From: the human T2T-CHM13v2.0 reference genome, Homo sapiens
DNA length: 64,000 nucleotides
NCBI RefSeq assembly: GCF_009914755.1
Contig: NC_060933.1
Reading direction: 5' to 3' (one strand)
The number at the start of each line of letters is the position of its first letter. Position 1 is the first letter of the stretch. The translations under genes were made by a program, and so were the position numbers. Shown one piece after another: positions 13,261 to 26,669 of this stretch. The notes beneath the pieces are model-generated. The model did no database searches, had not been told where the DNA came from, and was given only the letters and a program-made list of their open reading frames with translations.

Positions 13261-15196
13261 AATTGTGTATTGTGTGATATTTTAGGAGTAGGAGAAGGTA
13301 CCTAGCTTTCTAAAATATATTTTTTAGTTTCTTAAGAAAAGTCACATGAGAAAAGCAAGGGCCAGAACCACTGACTTTCCATAGCACAAGTACAAGGCTG
13401 CTATATTTTAGTGAGCCTGCACCAGTCTTTACATCATATAACATGATGTACAAGATAGCTTGCAGCTTGCATCTACCCTGAGAAAACCTTCCTACTCAGT
13501 TTTAGATCTCCTCCATGTGCTCCTCACTCCATTAACAAGGCCTGCTGCTACTTTCCTTCAGAACGAGTTCAAAGAAACCAATAAAAACCAAATTGTTTCT
13601 ATGCCTACTAAGATCTGTCTCTGATTTCTGACTGAAATGATACAACTTTCCTCTCCTGTTAATTGACTTTAAGATGTTCATCTCATATTCAAGCAAAACT
13701 ACATCTGTGCCAAAAGCCACTTTATCCCACAGGTACCAATGGGATAATGGACATTGAAATAACTCAATAACACATAATATAATAAACACTTGGCATCTGA
13801 AGGATAAATTTTTTGAAATCCTGTATTTCCTGTTAGCAATATAACCAATTATCTTGGTTTTCCTGCTGAGGGTCTTCCCAAGATGCAGAATTTTTGTTGT
13901 TAAAAATGAAAATGCTGGGACCCTGCCTGGTAGGCAGTAAAATCTATGGAGTAAGATCCATATTTGATTTTGCATTCCTAGCACCCTGAAGTATATTAGA
14001 AGAAGATCAGGTTTTTAAGAAATGTATACTCAATGTAAACATAAATAATTTATTATCATGGTTCAGAAATGGGATAAAACAAGAGCTAGAATTCACCCAC
14101 AGACTTTTTGAAAAGATTTCATAAATTGCAGATATTGCCTAACAATGGAATTAGGTTAACCCTTATTGCTAAGTGATCTGAGCTCTTGTCCTCTGTGGCT
14201 ATGCCCTGCCTTTGCCTATTGCTGCCTCTAAGCCTAACATATATTCACAAAGGTTTAGGAAGAAGATTTTTCTCAAAGAAGGGGTGGCTCATTTTCAACC
14301 TAAGTTTTAATGAGGGCTTTAACTTATTTTATATTTAATTACATCAAGTAAATAAACACCTGTATTAAATACATTATGGAACAAGGAAAATTTTTACATT
14401 TCCAATAAATATTTGAATTCACTTCAATGCATTTGAGTGCTCACTAAATATATTGTGAATTCTTACTAAAAGAGAAAAGTTAGACAAAATAGGAATCACA
14501 GAAATCCTGGATTTAATTGCTGAATGATAATCTGTTTACAAGAGGCCTCAGATCACATTGACACTATTTACAATTCACTTTGTTTATACAGAAGGTATTA
14601 CCCAGCATCCTCATATTTATTGATCAGTATAAACAGTGGTACTGGTATGTGACCAAGAATGATTAAAATGAGCTTTTGGTTTTGATCCTTTCTGGGTGGT
14701 CTTATTGCTTTCTTCTTGAATAACGATATATGCATAATTTGTAATGAGTGTGTGCTTTGCATAATGATAAGAGTAAATGAGGTACATTTCAGAATTTTGA
14801 GTCGAAACAAGAAATCTGTTTTGGATTTTGTTTTGAAGTTCCCATTTAGATCCAAAGAATTCATATTTACAAACTAGTTCTAGGAATTAGTTCTTAAATT
14901 TTATTTGAACTATAACGGTGCCATGAATGTTACACATTTTACCCTAGATTGTAAATACTTTCTTTCCCTTCAAGTAAGTGGATGGACATATATCAACACC
15001 CTAAATGCCTAACCTGCTGATTTATGAATTATAAATCATAAATTTAAGAATCAGATTATAGGCTAAACTGTGTCCATCCCCAAAATTCATATATATTTAA
15101 GTCCTAATACCCAGTACCTCAAAATATGATTGTATTTGGAGATATTAGCTTTAAAGGGGTGAGGCAGATAGGAGGGTGGGCACTAATTCAATCTGA

Positions 15197-15290
15197 TTTT
15201 CTTTTTTCTGCTTCTTGCTGCTGCTGCTCTGCTGCTTCTGCTTCTTCTTCTTCTTTCTTCTTTCTTCTTTCTTCTTCTTCTTCTTGTTTT
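15197..15290. repeat. Compound (CTG)n/(CTT)n microsatellite in Alu tail
   Basis: ttgctgctgctgctctgctgcttctgcttcttcttcttctttcttc... Confidence 0.9.
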
Positions 15291-15560
15291 TAAAAAGGGT
15301 CCAGGCTGGAGTGCAGTGGCATGACCACAGCTCACTGCAGCATCAACCCTCCAGACTCAAGTGATTCTCCTGCCTCAGCCTCTTGAGTAGCTGGGACCCA
15401 AGCACATGCCACCATGCACAGCCAATTTATTTTTATATTTTGTAGAGATGGGGATCTCTCTATATTGCCCAGGCTAGTCTCAAAATCCTGGGCTAAAGTG
15501 ATTTTCCTGCCTCGACCTCCCAAAGTGTTGGGATTACAGGTGCGAACCAATGCATCCAGA
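15291..15560 (-). mobile_element. AluJ
   Basis: CACAGCTCACTGCAGC and TATATTGCCCAGGCTAGTCTC are J-type diagnostics; heavily diverged. Confidence 0.9.
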
Positions 15561-16201
15561 TGGTTTTCTTATAAGAGGAAATTTAGACAGACAGATTGAC
15601 ACCAGATATGCATACACACAGAGAAAAGGCCATATGAGGAGGCAGAAATAAGGTGGCCATCCACAAACCAAGAAGGGAACCTCAGGAGACACCAAACCTG
15701 CAGACAGTTTTGATCTGAAACTTCCAGCCTCCAGAAGTGTGTAAAAATTAATTCCTGTTTTTAAATCAACCTAGTCTATGATTTTCTGTTACGGCAATCT
15801 GAGATGACTAACACAAATCATTTACCTAAGTTTTGGCCAGTTGTTTTACAAGTAGCTTTGCTTTCTGTGTGACCAATTCAGGGAGCATCTGTCAGTTAGA
15901 ATCATGGCCAGATTGAGACATGCGTACATTTTGGAAAGTCTAGTAACTCAGTGTCCCTTCAAATCCATATTTTAAAAGTATTTCTTCAACATATATTTGC
16001 GGGAAGGCTGACCATTTGAGGGACAAAGGAAGAGAAGAAAGAGTGAACATGATAGTTTTCAATGAATCCTCTACTACCTAGAGATCTATCCCTGACTCTG
16101 AACTGTAATGGAGCACTCAAGTATATAAAGGGTTTACAGTTTGTTGCTCTATCCCAAGAAGGCAGTTTGGCAATCTGCTACTATTACTTGAGCATATGCC
16201 T

Positions 16202-16608
16202 TGTGATGGCCTTTTGATGTGTCAACTTGGCTAAGCTATAGTGAATTCAATCAAACACTCATCTAGATGTTGCTGTCACGGTATTTTGAAGATGTGAATA
16301 AAGTGCATTATCTATTGACTTCAAGTAAGGGGAATTATGCCAGATAATGTAGATGGGCCTGATTCAATTCATTGAAAGTCTTTAAAACCAGAGCTAAGTT
16401 TTCCCCAAAAGAAAAAGAAATTCAGTTTTGGACAGCAGCTTCAGCCCATGGCTGTCAGTTCCAGCATGTCCTTCCTGATGGGCCTTCTCTATAGATTTTG
16501 GACTTGCCTCGTTATCCCTCACCAATGTATAATCCAGTTTCTTGTAATGAGTCTCTTGATGTACATTTTCTACTGGTTCTGCTTTTCTCACTGAACCATT
16601 ACTGATAT
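16202..16608 (+). mobile_element. MLT2 (MLT2D-like) ERVL LTR
   Basis: TGTGATGG...ATGTGTCAACTTGGCTAAGCTATAGT...CTAGATGTTGCTGT; ends CTACTGGTTCTG...ACTGATATA. Confidence 0.85.
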
Positions 16609-17895
16609 AAATTTTGGTACCAGAAGTGATTCTAGAGGATAGTACCTTAAGGATGAGGTTTCTGAATTTGACCCTGATTTTTTGGAATTGGTTCTCTAAT
16701 CTAATTAGATTTGTATTTATGACACTGTTTTCAGTGGTATAGAGGGCATTTGCTGTTTATGACATAATGTGGCAAAAGACATATGCAAAATATTGCCATT
16801 TGATACTCCAAATCAAGTGCCTAGAGAAGGGGAGTTTCTGGGTGATCATGTATTGGCTACCTTAGAAGATTTTATCCGAACTAAGAAGTATGATGGGATA
16901 ACTGCTTGCTTCTAACTGCTCTAGAGAAAGTGGGGAAAGAGAAGGATGAGATTAGGGCTTCAAAGTTTTAGCTCAAGTTCCACATAAACGATATAAAAAC
17001 TTCTGTATCTGTCCTAAGTGAAATTCTTCTCTTCTGAAGCTACAGGGCTGAGGTTTCTGAAAACCAAACCTAGAATCTCATTCTGCGAGTAATCTGTATT
17101 ACAACACCAGTTGAACTCTCAACCTTTCAGGTTGTCTTCTTTTAAAGTTAAGGCATTTCCAGCTTCATCCATGTCCCTACAAAGGACATGAACTCATCAT
17201 TTTTTATGGCTGCATAGTATTCCATGGTGTATATGCACCATATTTTCTTAATCCAGTCTATCATTGTTGGACATTTGGGTTGGTTCCAAGTCCTTGCTAT
17301 TGTGAATAGTGCCGCAATGAACATACGTGTGCATGTGTCTTTATAGCAGCATGATTTATAATCCATCATTCTCAGCAAACTATTGCAAGGACAAAAAACC
17401 AAACACCACACGTTCTCACTCATAGGTGGGAATTGAACAATGAGAACACATGGACAAAGGAAGGGGAACATCACACACCAGGGTCTGTTGTGGGGTGGGG
17501 GGAAGGGGGAGGGATATCATTTGGAGATATATCTAATGTTAAATGACCAGTTACTGGGTGCAGCACACCAACATGGCACATGTATACATATGTAACTAAC
17601 CTGCACGTTGTGCACATGTACCCTAAAACTTAAAGTATAATAATTAAAAAAAAAAGTTAAGGCATTTATTGGGAAGAAATGAGATCCTGAAAATTAGGCT
17701 GGAGACATTCATACAGATCACAATGAGGCTGGGGATTTTTAACCTCTAAAACCTGTCAAGTCTTTTCAATCAGTGGAAGTAGCCCCGCAACTGCTGCTTG
17801 GAAAGATTAGTTCTCTTTTTTCATGAAAAACCTATAATGGCACTGCTGTTCTCCTCAGACCCTTCTCCTACCACCCCTATTAGCCTCAAGACCTA
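16609..17895 (+). mobile_element. ERVL internal 5'/gag-region remnant, split by L1
   Basis: ATTTTGGTACCAGAAGTG directly after the LTR (PBS region); sequence continues across the L1 TSD. Confidence 0.75.
17156..17655 (+). mobile_element. 5'-inverted (twin-primed) truncated L1PA4/5
   Basis: Antisense L1 17156-17364 joined to sense L1 3' end 17363-17655; 15-bp TSD AAAGTTAAGGCATTT at 17144-17158 and 17653-17667. Confidence 0.95.
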
Positions 17896-17899
17896 ATTT

Positions 17900-18356
17900 T
17901 CTATCATTCCTCTAAGAATTTACTGCAAACTTCATGGTTTAAATTATATACATTTATTATCTTACAGTTTTGCATGTTATAATCCCAACATGGTTCTCCC
18001 TGAAATAAAACTACGATGTCAGTAGGGCTGAATTTCTTTCTCGAGGCTGTAATAGAAGATGTTTCCTTACCTTTTCCAGCCTCTTGAGGCCACTCCCATT
18101 TGTTGACTTAAGGTCCCCTTCCTCCACCTTCAAAGGCAGAAACAGTAGATTGACTTCTTTCCTTGCTACCCCTCTGGGTTTTTGACTGTAGCTGGGAAGT
18201 GTTCTTCACTTAAAGGTTTGCATGATTACATTGGGTGCTTATCCTTAATAATATCTGCAAAGTCCCCTTTTGCCTGTAAGCTAGCATATTTATAGGTTCC
18301 AGGTTTTAGGATGTGAACATCATTAGGGAAGTGATTTCATTATTCTGCCTACCACA
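17900..18356 (-). mobile_element. MLT1D/E-type LTR
   Basis: ATTTATTATCTTACAGTTTTG...ATCTGCAAAGTCCCC...TATTCTGCCTACCACA. Confidence 0.8.
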
Positions 18357-18870
18357 TTCCTGTGGAAGTGGGGAGCTGATTCCCATTTCCTACCCCAGGT
18401 AGCTGAGCAATTACTTCTCCTACAAAAAAAGGCTGATACATTTTTCTCCATTTGGTTACATTTGTGTAAAATTTGTATTTAAAATTTTATGCTTTCATAG
18501 CAAAGTATAATATAGATTGAAAAAAGTACACAAAATATAAATGAACATCTAAATGAATTATTTAAAAATGTTTCTAACAACACTTAAATTAACAATATTT
18601 TCATCATCCAGAAATTCCTTCACATCCCTTTCAATCACTATTGCCTTTCTTTCCCCAGAGGTATTCAATGTCACCAAAGATAAGTTTTTCCATGTTCTGA
18701 AATTTACATAAATGGAATTATGCAGTATGTATTTTTTCTATCTTCTGTCTTCACTCAACATTATCTGTGTGAGATTTATCAGTATTATTGCATGTAGTTG
18801 TAGTTCATTTGTTTTCACTGCTGTATAGTATTCACTGTATGACTATGCCAAAAAATGTTTAAGCTAATAT

Positions 18871-19070
18871 CAGGGGTTATCAGACTTCTTCTGTAAATAG
18901 CAAGATAGGAAGCATTTTAGGCATTACATGACTTTTTTTTCCTGCAATGACTCAACTTTAACATTGTAGAACGACAGCAACCATAGACAATGTGTAAGTG
19001 AAGAGGTGTGACTGTGTCAAGAAAATTTACAAAATAAGCAGTGGGTGGATTTGGCTTGTGGGTCACACTT
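18871..19070 (+). mobile_element. MER58A (hAT-Charlie) DNA transposon
   Basis: CAGGGGT start, TTCTGTAAA, GCAACCATAGACAATGTGTAA, GATTTGGCTTGTGGG. Confidence 0.75.
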
Positions 19071-19292
19071 AAATATTTGGGTTGTTTCTAGTGTGAGGCT
19101 ATCATGAGCAGAACTATGAAGTTTCTTGTACATGTCTCTTGGTACTCCTGTGTATGTGTTTCTATTACATATGCAGCAAGAAGTAAATTGCTTTTTCAGC
19201 TTTAGCAAATGCTATCCAGTTTTCCAAAATGACTTTTAGGAACAGTGTAGATGCTCGATGTTTTTATCAACACTTGAATTTTACAGTTAATA

Positions 19293-19338
19293 TTAGGTTG
19301 GTACAAAAGTAATTGTGGTTTTGGCCATTACATTTAAT
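19293..19338. mobile_element. MADE1 (Hsmar1 MITE), one arm only
   Basis: TTAGGTTGGTACAAAAGTAATTGTGGTTTTGGCCATTAC matches the mariner TIR; second arm absent. Confidence 0.85.
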
Positions 19339-22300
19339 AACATTTTAGGCATTTTGGTGGGTACATAATGGTATTTCCCTAAACCTTTTTCTGATAAGTC
19401 AACTGGGAAAATCAGGGGTGCATACTGACATTTGAACATATAAATTACATTGATTATTCTTGGGTTTGTATTATTTTATGCAAAATATGATCTGAAATGA
19501 AATTCAGAAGATTTAGGCACTGGAATTAAAAAAAATTACTAGAATTTGGCCTGGTATTGAGAACAGTGACATTTAAAATTAAATGAAAGAGTGAAAGCTA
19601 TTAAGTTGCTTTCACCTGAACAATTTTTAGTCCTTCCGCGTGGTATAAACTAAAGCAAAATGTTCTAGATTTGAAACTAGTTCTAGGTGTATAGTATTTA
19701 ATATAGAATAAGTTATAACAAATTGAATGAGCTTGAATAAGTCACTTAATAGCATTATTTTAAAGTAGAATTAATGTCTGACAAACCTATTCCACACGAC
19801 TTTTGTGAACAGAAAATGTAATTATGTTAGTGATAATTTAAAAATATTTGGAAAGAATTAAACTTGATTAAGATGCTTTATCCACTAAGGACACCAAATC
19901 TTAACTGTTAACAATCTCCAAGGTCCTACCCAGTTCACATCCATCTATAAAAGTAATTGAAGGAGTTCTTTCAGTCAAAACCCTCTCATGACAACAAAAG
20001 GGTCTATTGAGACTAAGGAAAGACAAACTGCACAGCAGGAACTACATTTGTGACACAGCTAGGCAATACATAAATACATTATCCTGTGAAGTAGAGTTTT
20101 GGTATTTTCTAGTTTTTCTTTTTCACAAAGAAAATGAAAAAGTTGGTGAGAAAAGTTGGTGATTGAGACTAAGGTCGTGCTTCTGTTTTGGTGTGGGTTC
20201 ATCTTTTCCCTGAGTGCTAATAATTCTTTTTTTTTTTTTTCCAATGAGGTCTGATGCCTCATTGCTTAATTGTTTTATAATATTGTTGTAGATTATTCTT
20301 AGACTGTGCCTAAGTTATTGTTTGAAGTTCAACTCTTTGTTATTTGTTTTTGATGTGTGATTCTTTCATTAAAATCTGTATAGTTACTAACACTATGTTT
20401 TTTTTTTAACACGAAGTGACATTCTTTCTCCTAAGTTTTTTTTTTTTTTTTAATATTGGCTTTCTCACTGCAGTTATTGGAAAGTCTATGTATTTTATTC
20501 TATTTAGCAAGCACAATAACTTACTTGTGCAGGAATCAACCTGATAATTTATTTATCTCCAACCAGGGGGAAAATCCTATGAAAAATCATTAAACATTCT
20601 CAGCTCAGAGTGTTTGTTTTTGACCATTTCTCCTCAATATTGTCTAGCCTTCAAAAAATAATTTGTAAACTTTAAAGTGTTATACAAATACTAATTTATA
20701 ATATTGTTAATCTTATTAAACTTTGAAAGACACATTCCTTTTTCTCTTGCTCCTTAAAATACTTTGATCCTTCTGCAAAACCATGAGAAAAAGCCACAGT
20801 GATGAATCCTAGACCAACAGGAGGAAAGAAATTTGTTTCTTCTATTTCTATTATTTCCAGATTTCTACAGATGAATGCTATAAAATAATTCCAACTTCCA
20901 AAGTTCCATGATTTCCTTGCAGTTGCAAATTCAATGCATTTTGGGGACACAAAGAAGCCTGAGCTGTGAGGTTTCTAATCTTGTTCTTGCTTTTTAACTC
21001 ATCCTTGGTGAAGCATTTTAAATTTGCACAAGTTAGGTTATAGCCTTCAAGAGCTCTGGACATTAAAGTCTAACTTGGTTTCAATATGTAAATTTTCCCC
21101 CTTATACTAGTGAAATTCACACTCAGGGTCTGCTTAATTAGCTTCATTTTTAAAAGCCTAACATGGGATCATCAAAGTAACAAGTCTCAACTGTACAACT
21201 TGACATCTCATTAACACTTGCTTTATAACATATGGTGCTTGGATGATCTGAGTTAATGTGGGTGCCAGTAAGGTGGTGGAGGTGGGCATAAAGAGTCAAA
21301 TTTTTATGTCATTTGACCTGTTACTTTAAATAAAATATTCGTTACATTTACTGAGCACAGTATAGAGTTATGAATGTAATAGACTCTCTAGGTGTAGTTG
21401 TTTAGATAAATTACTATGTAAATGATCTTCAAAAACTTGAAACATGTTTGACATCACGTATGATAGAGCACAATCTAATTTGATGGATTGTTATGTTTTG
21501 ACACATTTTTTACAATGATAACTGATCTAATCAACTGTATTACCTGCAGATTACATGTAGTATTTATAGTTATAATTATTTTTCTATAGTTTCTACAGAA
21601 AACTTGAGTTCTTTCTTCATGCCTTAGATTCAGTATTTTGACAAATTGCCAAGCTACAAATTTAAACAAGCTTATTGAAAAGACTGTGTTTACTTAACTT
21701 GAAATATGCTTTGTTTTATGGAATAGGAAAAGAAGAAGAATGGGAAATCATATTGCTGTTTAAAAGTTAAGCCTGTATTAGTTAAGATTATACTAATTAA
21801 AAAATCTAGATGTTTAAGTGCTTTTATTTTACTATTCATAAATACTTTTCACTTAGTCTGCATGATAAGTACTTCACTGTACTCTAAAGCCTGAGGCGAC
21901 CGGATGGTAGAATTACAGAATTTGGAGCTCAGAGAGACTTAGAGACTCACAGAGGTCACTTAATTTGACATCTTAACTTTACACAGGTAAAAAGTAAGCC
22001 TCAGAACTGTGGCTTATATTTGTAAAACATCAGTTTCTTTCTTTATGAAAGAGCTATAGACAGACCATTGAGTCTATGATTAATAGATAGAGAAAACTGA
22101 TTTGTTATGGCATTGCATTTAGCATTCTGAACAAATGAAAATAGAGGCATGGTAAGAGTTATGATACAGAGCACATTAAGGTCCCAATGCCACAAGACAT
22201 GCAGTAACATTACTGTAGGAAATGATTTCTAAGTCTCAGAGAAAGAATTGTCATTTCCTAAGTAACTGTAATCAGTTTTCAAAAATGAGACCTAGGATCT

Positions 22301-22927
22301 CAAGCGGTGTATTCTGCACAGCAGTATATTCCACTATGGATAAACATTAACTATACTCTTGTATCATGCTTTCTCATTCTTTCGTTTCATTGCTTTACCT
22401 GCTTAAAGCTCTATAGCTTCTCATAAATCTTTGAATGCTATAATTTACTTTTTAGCATTGTTTTTAGATCAAGCACTGTTTCCTTAAGAATACATGATAA
22501 AATTTCAAAAATTTCAAAGTAATTCTTTCAAGTCCAGCATTGTTTAATGCAATCAGAATGTTGTGTTTTTTAATACAGAAATTATTCTTATGGAAAGGTT
22601 ATGATTTGGGAAAGAAGAAAAATAGAGACAGGCCACATGATATCCTAAATTCTTTAAGATTTATTCATTTAGTGTTTGGCAATATGGAAGCAAGGAAGGA
22701 GATCTTAGGATTTACAGAAGCTCCAGTAGATTTTCAGCACTTAGATAAATGACGCAGATGTAAAAAACACAAGAGTAATAATTTGATTTTTTATTTTTTC
22801 TTTAATTCATTTACATTTGCAGATATTTTCTATTTTCCTAACGTTATAAACAGGGCATTTTGTTGTGAGAAAGTTTGGGAAATACAAAATATAATTGAAT
22901 ATATTTCTGTAATTATAAAGAATAAAA

Positions 22928-23015
22928 TATGACGATTTATCTTGAATATCATGGCAATGATTTATCTTGAATATGATGAAAACATGACAATCATTTATCT
23001 TGAATATGATGGAAA
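22928..23015. repeat. Imperfect triplication of ATTTATCTTGAATAT(C/G)ATG
   Basis: Copies start at 22935, 22960 and 22993. Confidence 0.9.
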
Positions 23016-23056
23016 CTTTGATGTGTAATTATTCCTTCCTTTTCTCCCATCTCAAC

Positions 23057-23458
23057 TTTTTTTTATTATACTTTAAGTTCTAGGGTACATGTGTACAACT
23101 TGCAGGTTTGTTACATAGGTATACATGTGCCATGTTGGTGTGCTGCACCCACTAACTCGTCATTTATATTAGGTATTTCTACTAATGCTATCCCTCCCCC
23201 ATTCCCCCACCCCACAACAGGCCCTGGGGTGTGATGTTCCCCGCCTGTGTCCAAGTGTTCTCATTGTTCAATTCCCACCTGTGAGTGAGAACATGCGGTG
23301 TTTGGTTTTCTGTCCTTGTGATAGCTTGCTCAGAATGATGGTTTCCAGCTTCATCCATGTCCCTGCAAAGGACATGAACTCATCCTTTTTTATGGCTGCA
23401 TAGTATTCCATGGTGTATATGTGCCATATTTTCTTAATCCAGTCTATCATTGATGGAC
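23057..23458 (-). mobile_element. 5'-truncated L1PA6/7 3' end
   Basis: poly-T, L1 3'UTR and ORF2 C-terminus (…HRMFSLTGGN); imperfect TSD CATCTCAA(C/T)TTT. Confidence 0.92.
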
Positions 23459-23970
23459 TCATCTCAATTTTTTTATGTCATCTGGGATTTAGATCCAGAG
23501 TAGTAATATTTCTTTTAAGTGATTCATGTTTAGATATAATTTTGATATTTATTTTGAAGTTTAAGAACTTTATTAATACATTTTAATTACAAGATTTATC
23601 ATATTTATAATTGCAAAGAGTATTGATTATCAGTATTAATTCTTTAATACTGAAATTTTTATAGTTGAATTCTTCATTTGGGTTCACCTCTTAGCTAGAA
23701 TATGTCTGAGCAATTTCTCAGCAACAGCATATAGATGTCACACTCTCTGAGTTCTTGTCTAAGAAAAGTTTTAGCAACTTTTGAACATGTGAGATAAATT
23801 GATTGGACATACACTTCTTGTTTCAGAATCATTTCCTCCACAAATCATTGATTCCTGTTATTTTATCCCATAGAAGAAAAGTCTTATTCCAAACCAATTG
23901 ATTTTGTATCTTTTTAAACTAATTTTTTTCATTTATTTGCTGCAATTTTAAGCCTTTTTTTAAAGTGATC

Positions 23971-25509
23971 TTTTTTTTAAAAAATTGTACTTTAATTTCT
24001 GGGATGCATAGGCAGAACGTGCAGGTTTGTTACATAGGTACACAGGTGCCATGGTGGTTTGCTGCATCCATCAACCCATCACCTACATTAGGTATTTCTC
24101 CTAATGTTGTCCCTCCCCTAGCCCCCCAACCCCCAACAGGACCCAGTGTGTGATGTTCCCCTCCCTGTGTCCATGTATTCTCATTGTTCAACTTCCACTT
24201 ATGAGTGAGAACATGTGGTGTTTGGTTTCCTGTTTCTGTGTTATTTTGCTGAGAATGATGATTACCAGCTTCATCCATGTCCCTGCAAAGGAAGTGAGCT
24301 TATCCTTTTTTATGGCTGCATAGTATTCCATGGTGTATATGTGCCACATTTTCTTTATCCACTATATCATTGATGGGCATTTGGGTTGTTCCAAGTCTTT
24401 GCTATTGTGAACAGTGCTGCAGTAAACATATTTGTGCATGTGTCTTTATAGTAGAATGATTTATAATCCTTTGGGTATATACCCAGTAATGGGATTGCTA
24501 GGTCAAAAGGTATTTCTGGTTCTAGATCCTTGAGGAATTGTCACACTGTCTTCCACATTGGCTGAACTAATTTACACTCCCACCAACAGTGTAAAAGTGT
24601 TCCTATTTCTCCACATCCTCTCCAGAATCTGTTGTTTCCTGACTTTTTAATGATCATCATTCTAACTGGGGTGAGATGGTATCTCATTGTGGTTTTGACT
24701 GTTATTTCTCTAATGATAAGTGATAATGAGCATTTTTTCATGTCTGTTGGCCGCATAAATGTCTTCTTTTGAGGAGTGTCTGTTCATATCCTTTGCCCAC
24801 TTTTTGATGGGGTTGTTTTTTTCTTCTAAATTTGTTTAAGTTCCTTGCAGATTCTGGATATTAGCCCTTTGTCAGATGGATAGATTCCAAAAATTTTCTC
24901 CTATTCTATAGGTTGCCTGTTCACTCTGATGATGATAGTTTCTTTTGCTTGGCAGAAGCTCTTTAGTTTAGTAAGATATTATTTGTCAATTTTGGCTTTT
25001 GTTGCCATTGCTTTTGGTGTTTTAGACATGAAGTTTTTGCCCATGCCTATGTCCTGAATGGTATTGCCTAGGTTTTCTTCTAGGGTTTTTATGGTTTTAG
25101 GTTTTATGTTTAAGTCTTTAATCCATCTTGAGTTAATTTTTGTATAAGGTGTAAGAAAGGGGTCCAGTTTCAGATTTCTGCATATGGCTAGCCAGTTTTT
25201 CCAGCACCATTTATTAAATAGGGAATCCTTTCCCCATTGCTTGTTTTTCTCAGGTTTGTCAAAGATCAGATGGTTGTAGATGTGTGGTGTTATTTCTGAG
25301 GCCTCTGTTCTGTTCTGTTGGTCTTTATATCTCTTTTGGTACCAGTCCCATGCTGTTTTGGTTACTGTAGCCTTGTAGTATAGTTTGAAGTCAGGTAGGG
25401 TGATGACTCCAGCTTTGTTCTTTTTGGTTAGGATTGTCTTGGCTATGTGGGCTCTTTTTTGGTTCCATATGAAATTTAAAGTAGAGTTTTCTAATTCTGT
25501 GAAGAAAGT
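23971..25509 (-). mobile_element. 5'-truncated L1PA8-like element
   Basis: GCAGAACGTGCAGGTTTG 3'UTR signature; decayed ORF2 C-terminal fragments (ORF 24541-24756). Confidence 0.9.
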
Positions 25510-26669
25510 AGCTTACAATAAGTCTTTTAAAATGCAATACTTTTTAAACAATATTTATAACATTGTTCCCATTCACTGTATACCTAAAAATTGATATACA
25601 CTTGCTTCCATGTTACTGATTACTGCATGAATAAATCTTAAAGAATTCAGTATATCATGTGGCATCTATTTTTCTTCCTCCCCAAATCATAACCTATAAA
25701 TAGGAATAATTTCTGTATAAAAAAAGAACATTCTTCTTACTAGTACTTGGTACTTAGGAAACCATTTTTAACTGAAGAGTCGTGTCTCACTTTATTCCAG
25801 TAAATATTGTTTTATTTTTTAACTACTGAGCATGCTGTCTTACTATCCATACACATTGTTGTCACCCAAATCTCTTTTCTTTCATCATGTTTATTTACCT
25901 ATTAATTTTGAATTCTGAGAAAATTTCAAAAGTTTGTCTTGTAACATTTAATTGCATTATCTATGTTCTCGTATGTGTTGTAGTTGTTATATACTGTCTC
26001 CATTGTATTTATTAATTTAACAACTGAGTTTTTAGCTTCCATGCTAATCTCACCTATTTTCATGACTGCCTACTTTGATATCAGAAAGTACAATATTTTC
26101 TTGATTATTGAGAACATGAATTGAAACTTTTCTTGCATTAGCCTCCTGCTTCTTGCTGTTCATTGATTTTATTAAAAGCATTTCCTTTGATTTTTTTTAC
26201 ACCATTTTCCTTTTCTGCTGTTTGTCTATCTTGATGAATGGAGATAGCTGCCATTCCAACACTCCTTTGGCCTTCTCCTGGTCATTGACCCTGAAGGAAG
26301 CTCCACCCTACTGGCCTTGGCCTGACATTTTGTAAGCCCTCTCAGTCCTGGTTTCAGTTAGTTTCCTCTACTTATTGATTTCTATATAGAATTCTGTCTC
26401 ATTCAGGCTACATTTTGCCTGGCAGAAAACCATTATATTTCAGACAGATGGATACAACTCTAGTTTTCACAGCTGATAAAAATTATTGCTTATTTTTTTA
26501 TTCTGTGGACCCCATGCTTCAGTAGGGAGGTCTAGTAAGATGCCTTTGTGTATTATTATATTATCTAGAAGTATCCAGTATTTTCTATAGACCAATTACT
26601 CTTTACCTTTTACATTTGAGTAGAATAAACAGCTATCTGGCCTCTGACTATCTGGTCTGTCAGTTTCTC

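Larger units (their letters stand above)
15053..15815 (+). mobile_element. MLT1B/C MaLR solo LTR interrupted by AluJ
   Basis: CCCCAAAATTCATAT...TGTATTTGGAGAT; resumes CTTATAAGAGGAAATT...CTTCCAGCCTCCAGAAG...GACTAACACA. Confidence 0.85.
18480..19385 (-). mobile_element. L1ME-type 3' region hosting MER58A and half MADE1
   Basis: AAATGGAATTATGCAGTATGTA...TCACTCAACATT...GTAGTTCATTTG motifs. Confidence 0.7.

Noticed and set aside
17148-17474. 108-aa ORF with L1 ORF2-like C-terminus
   Set aside because: Artefact of the twin-priming inversion junction fusing antisense 3'UTR to an ORF2 fragment
19293-19338. Possible miR-548-type hairpin from MADE1
   Set aside because: Only one arm is present, so no hairpin can form
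23630-23653. 10-bp stem hairpin TCAGTATTAA-TTCT-TTAATACTGA
   Set aside because: AT-rich short palindrome, not clearly above chance in 64 kb
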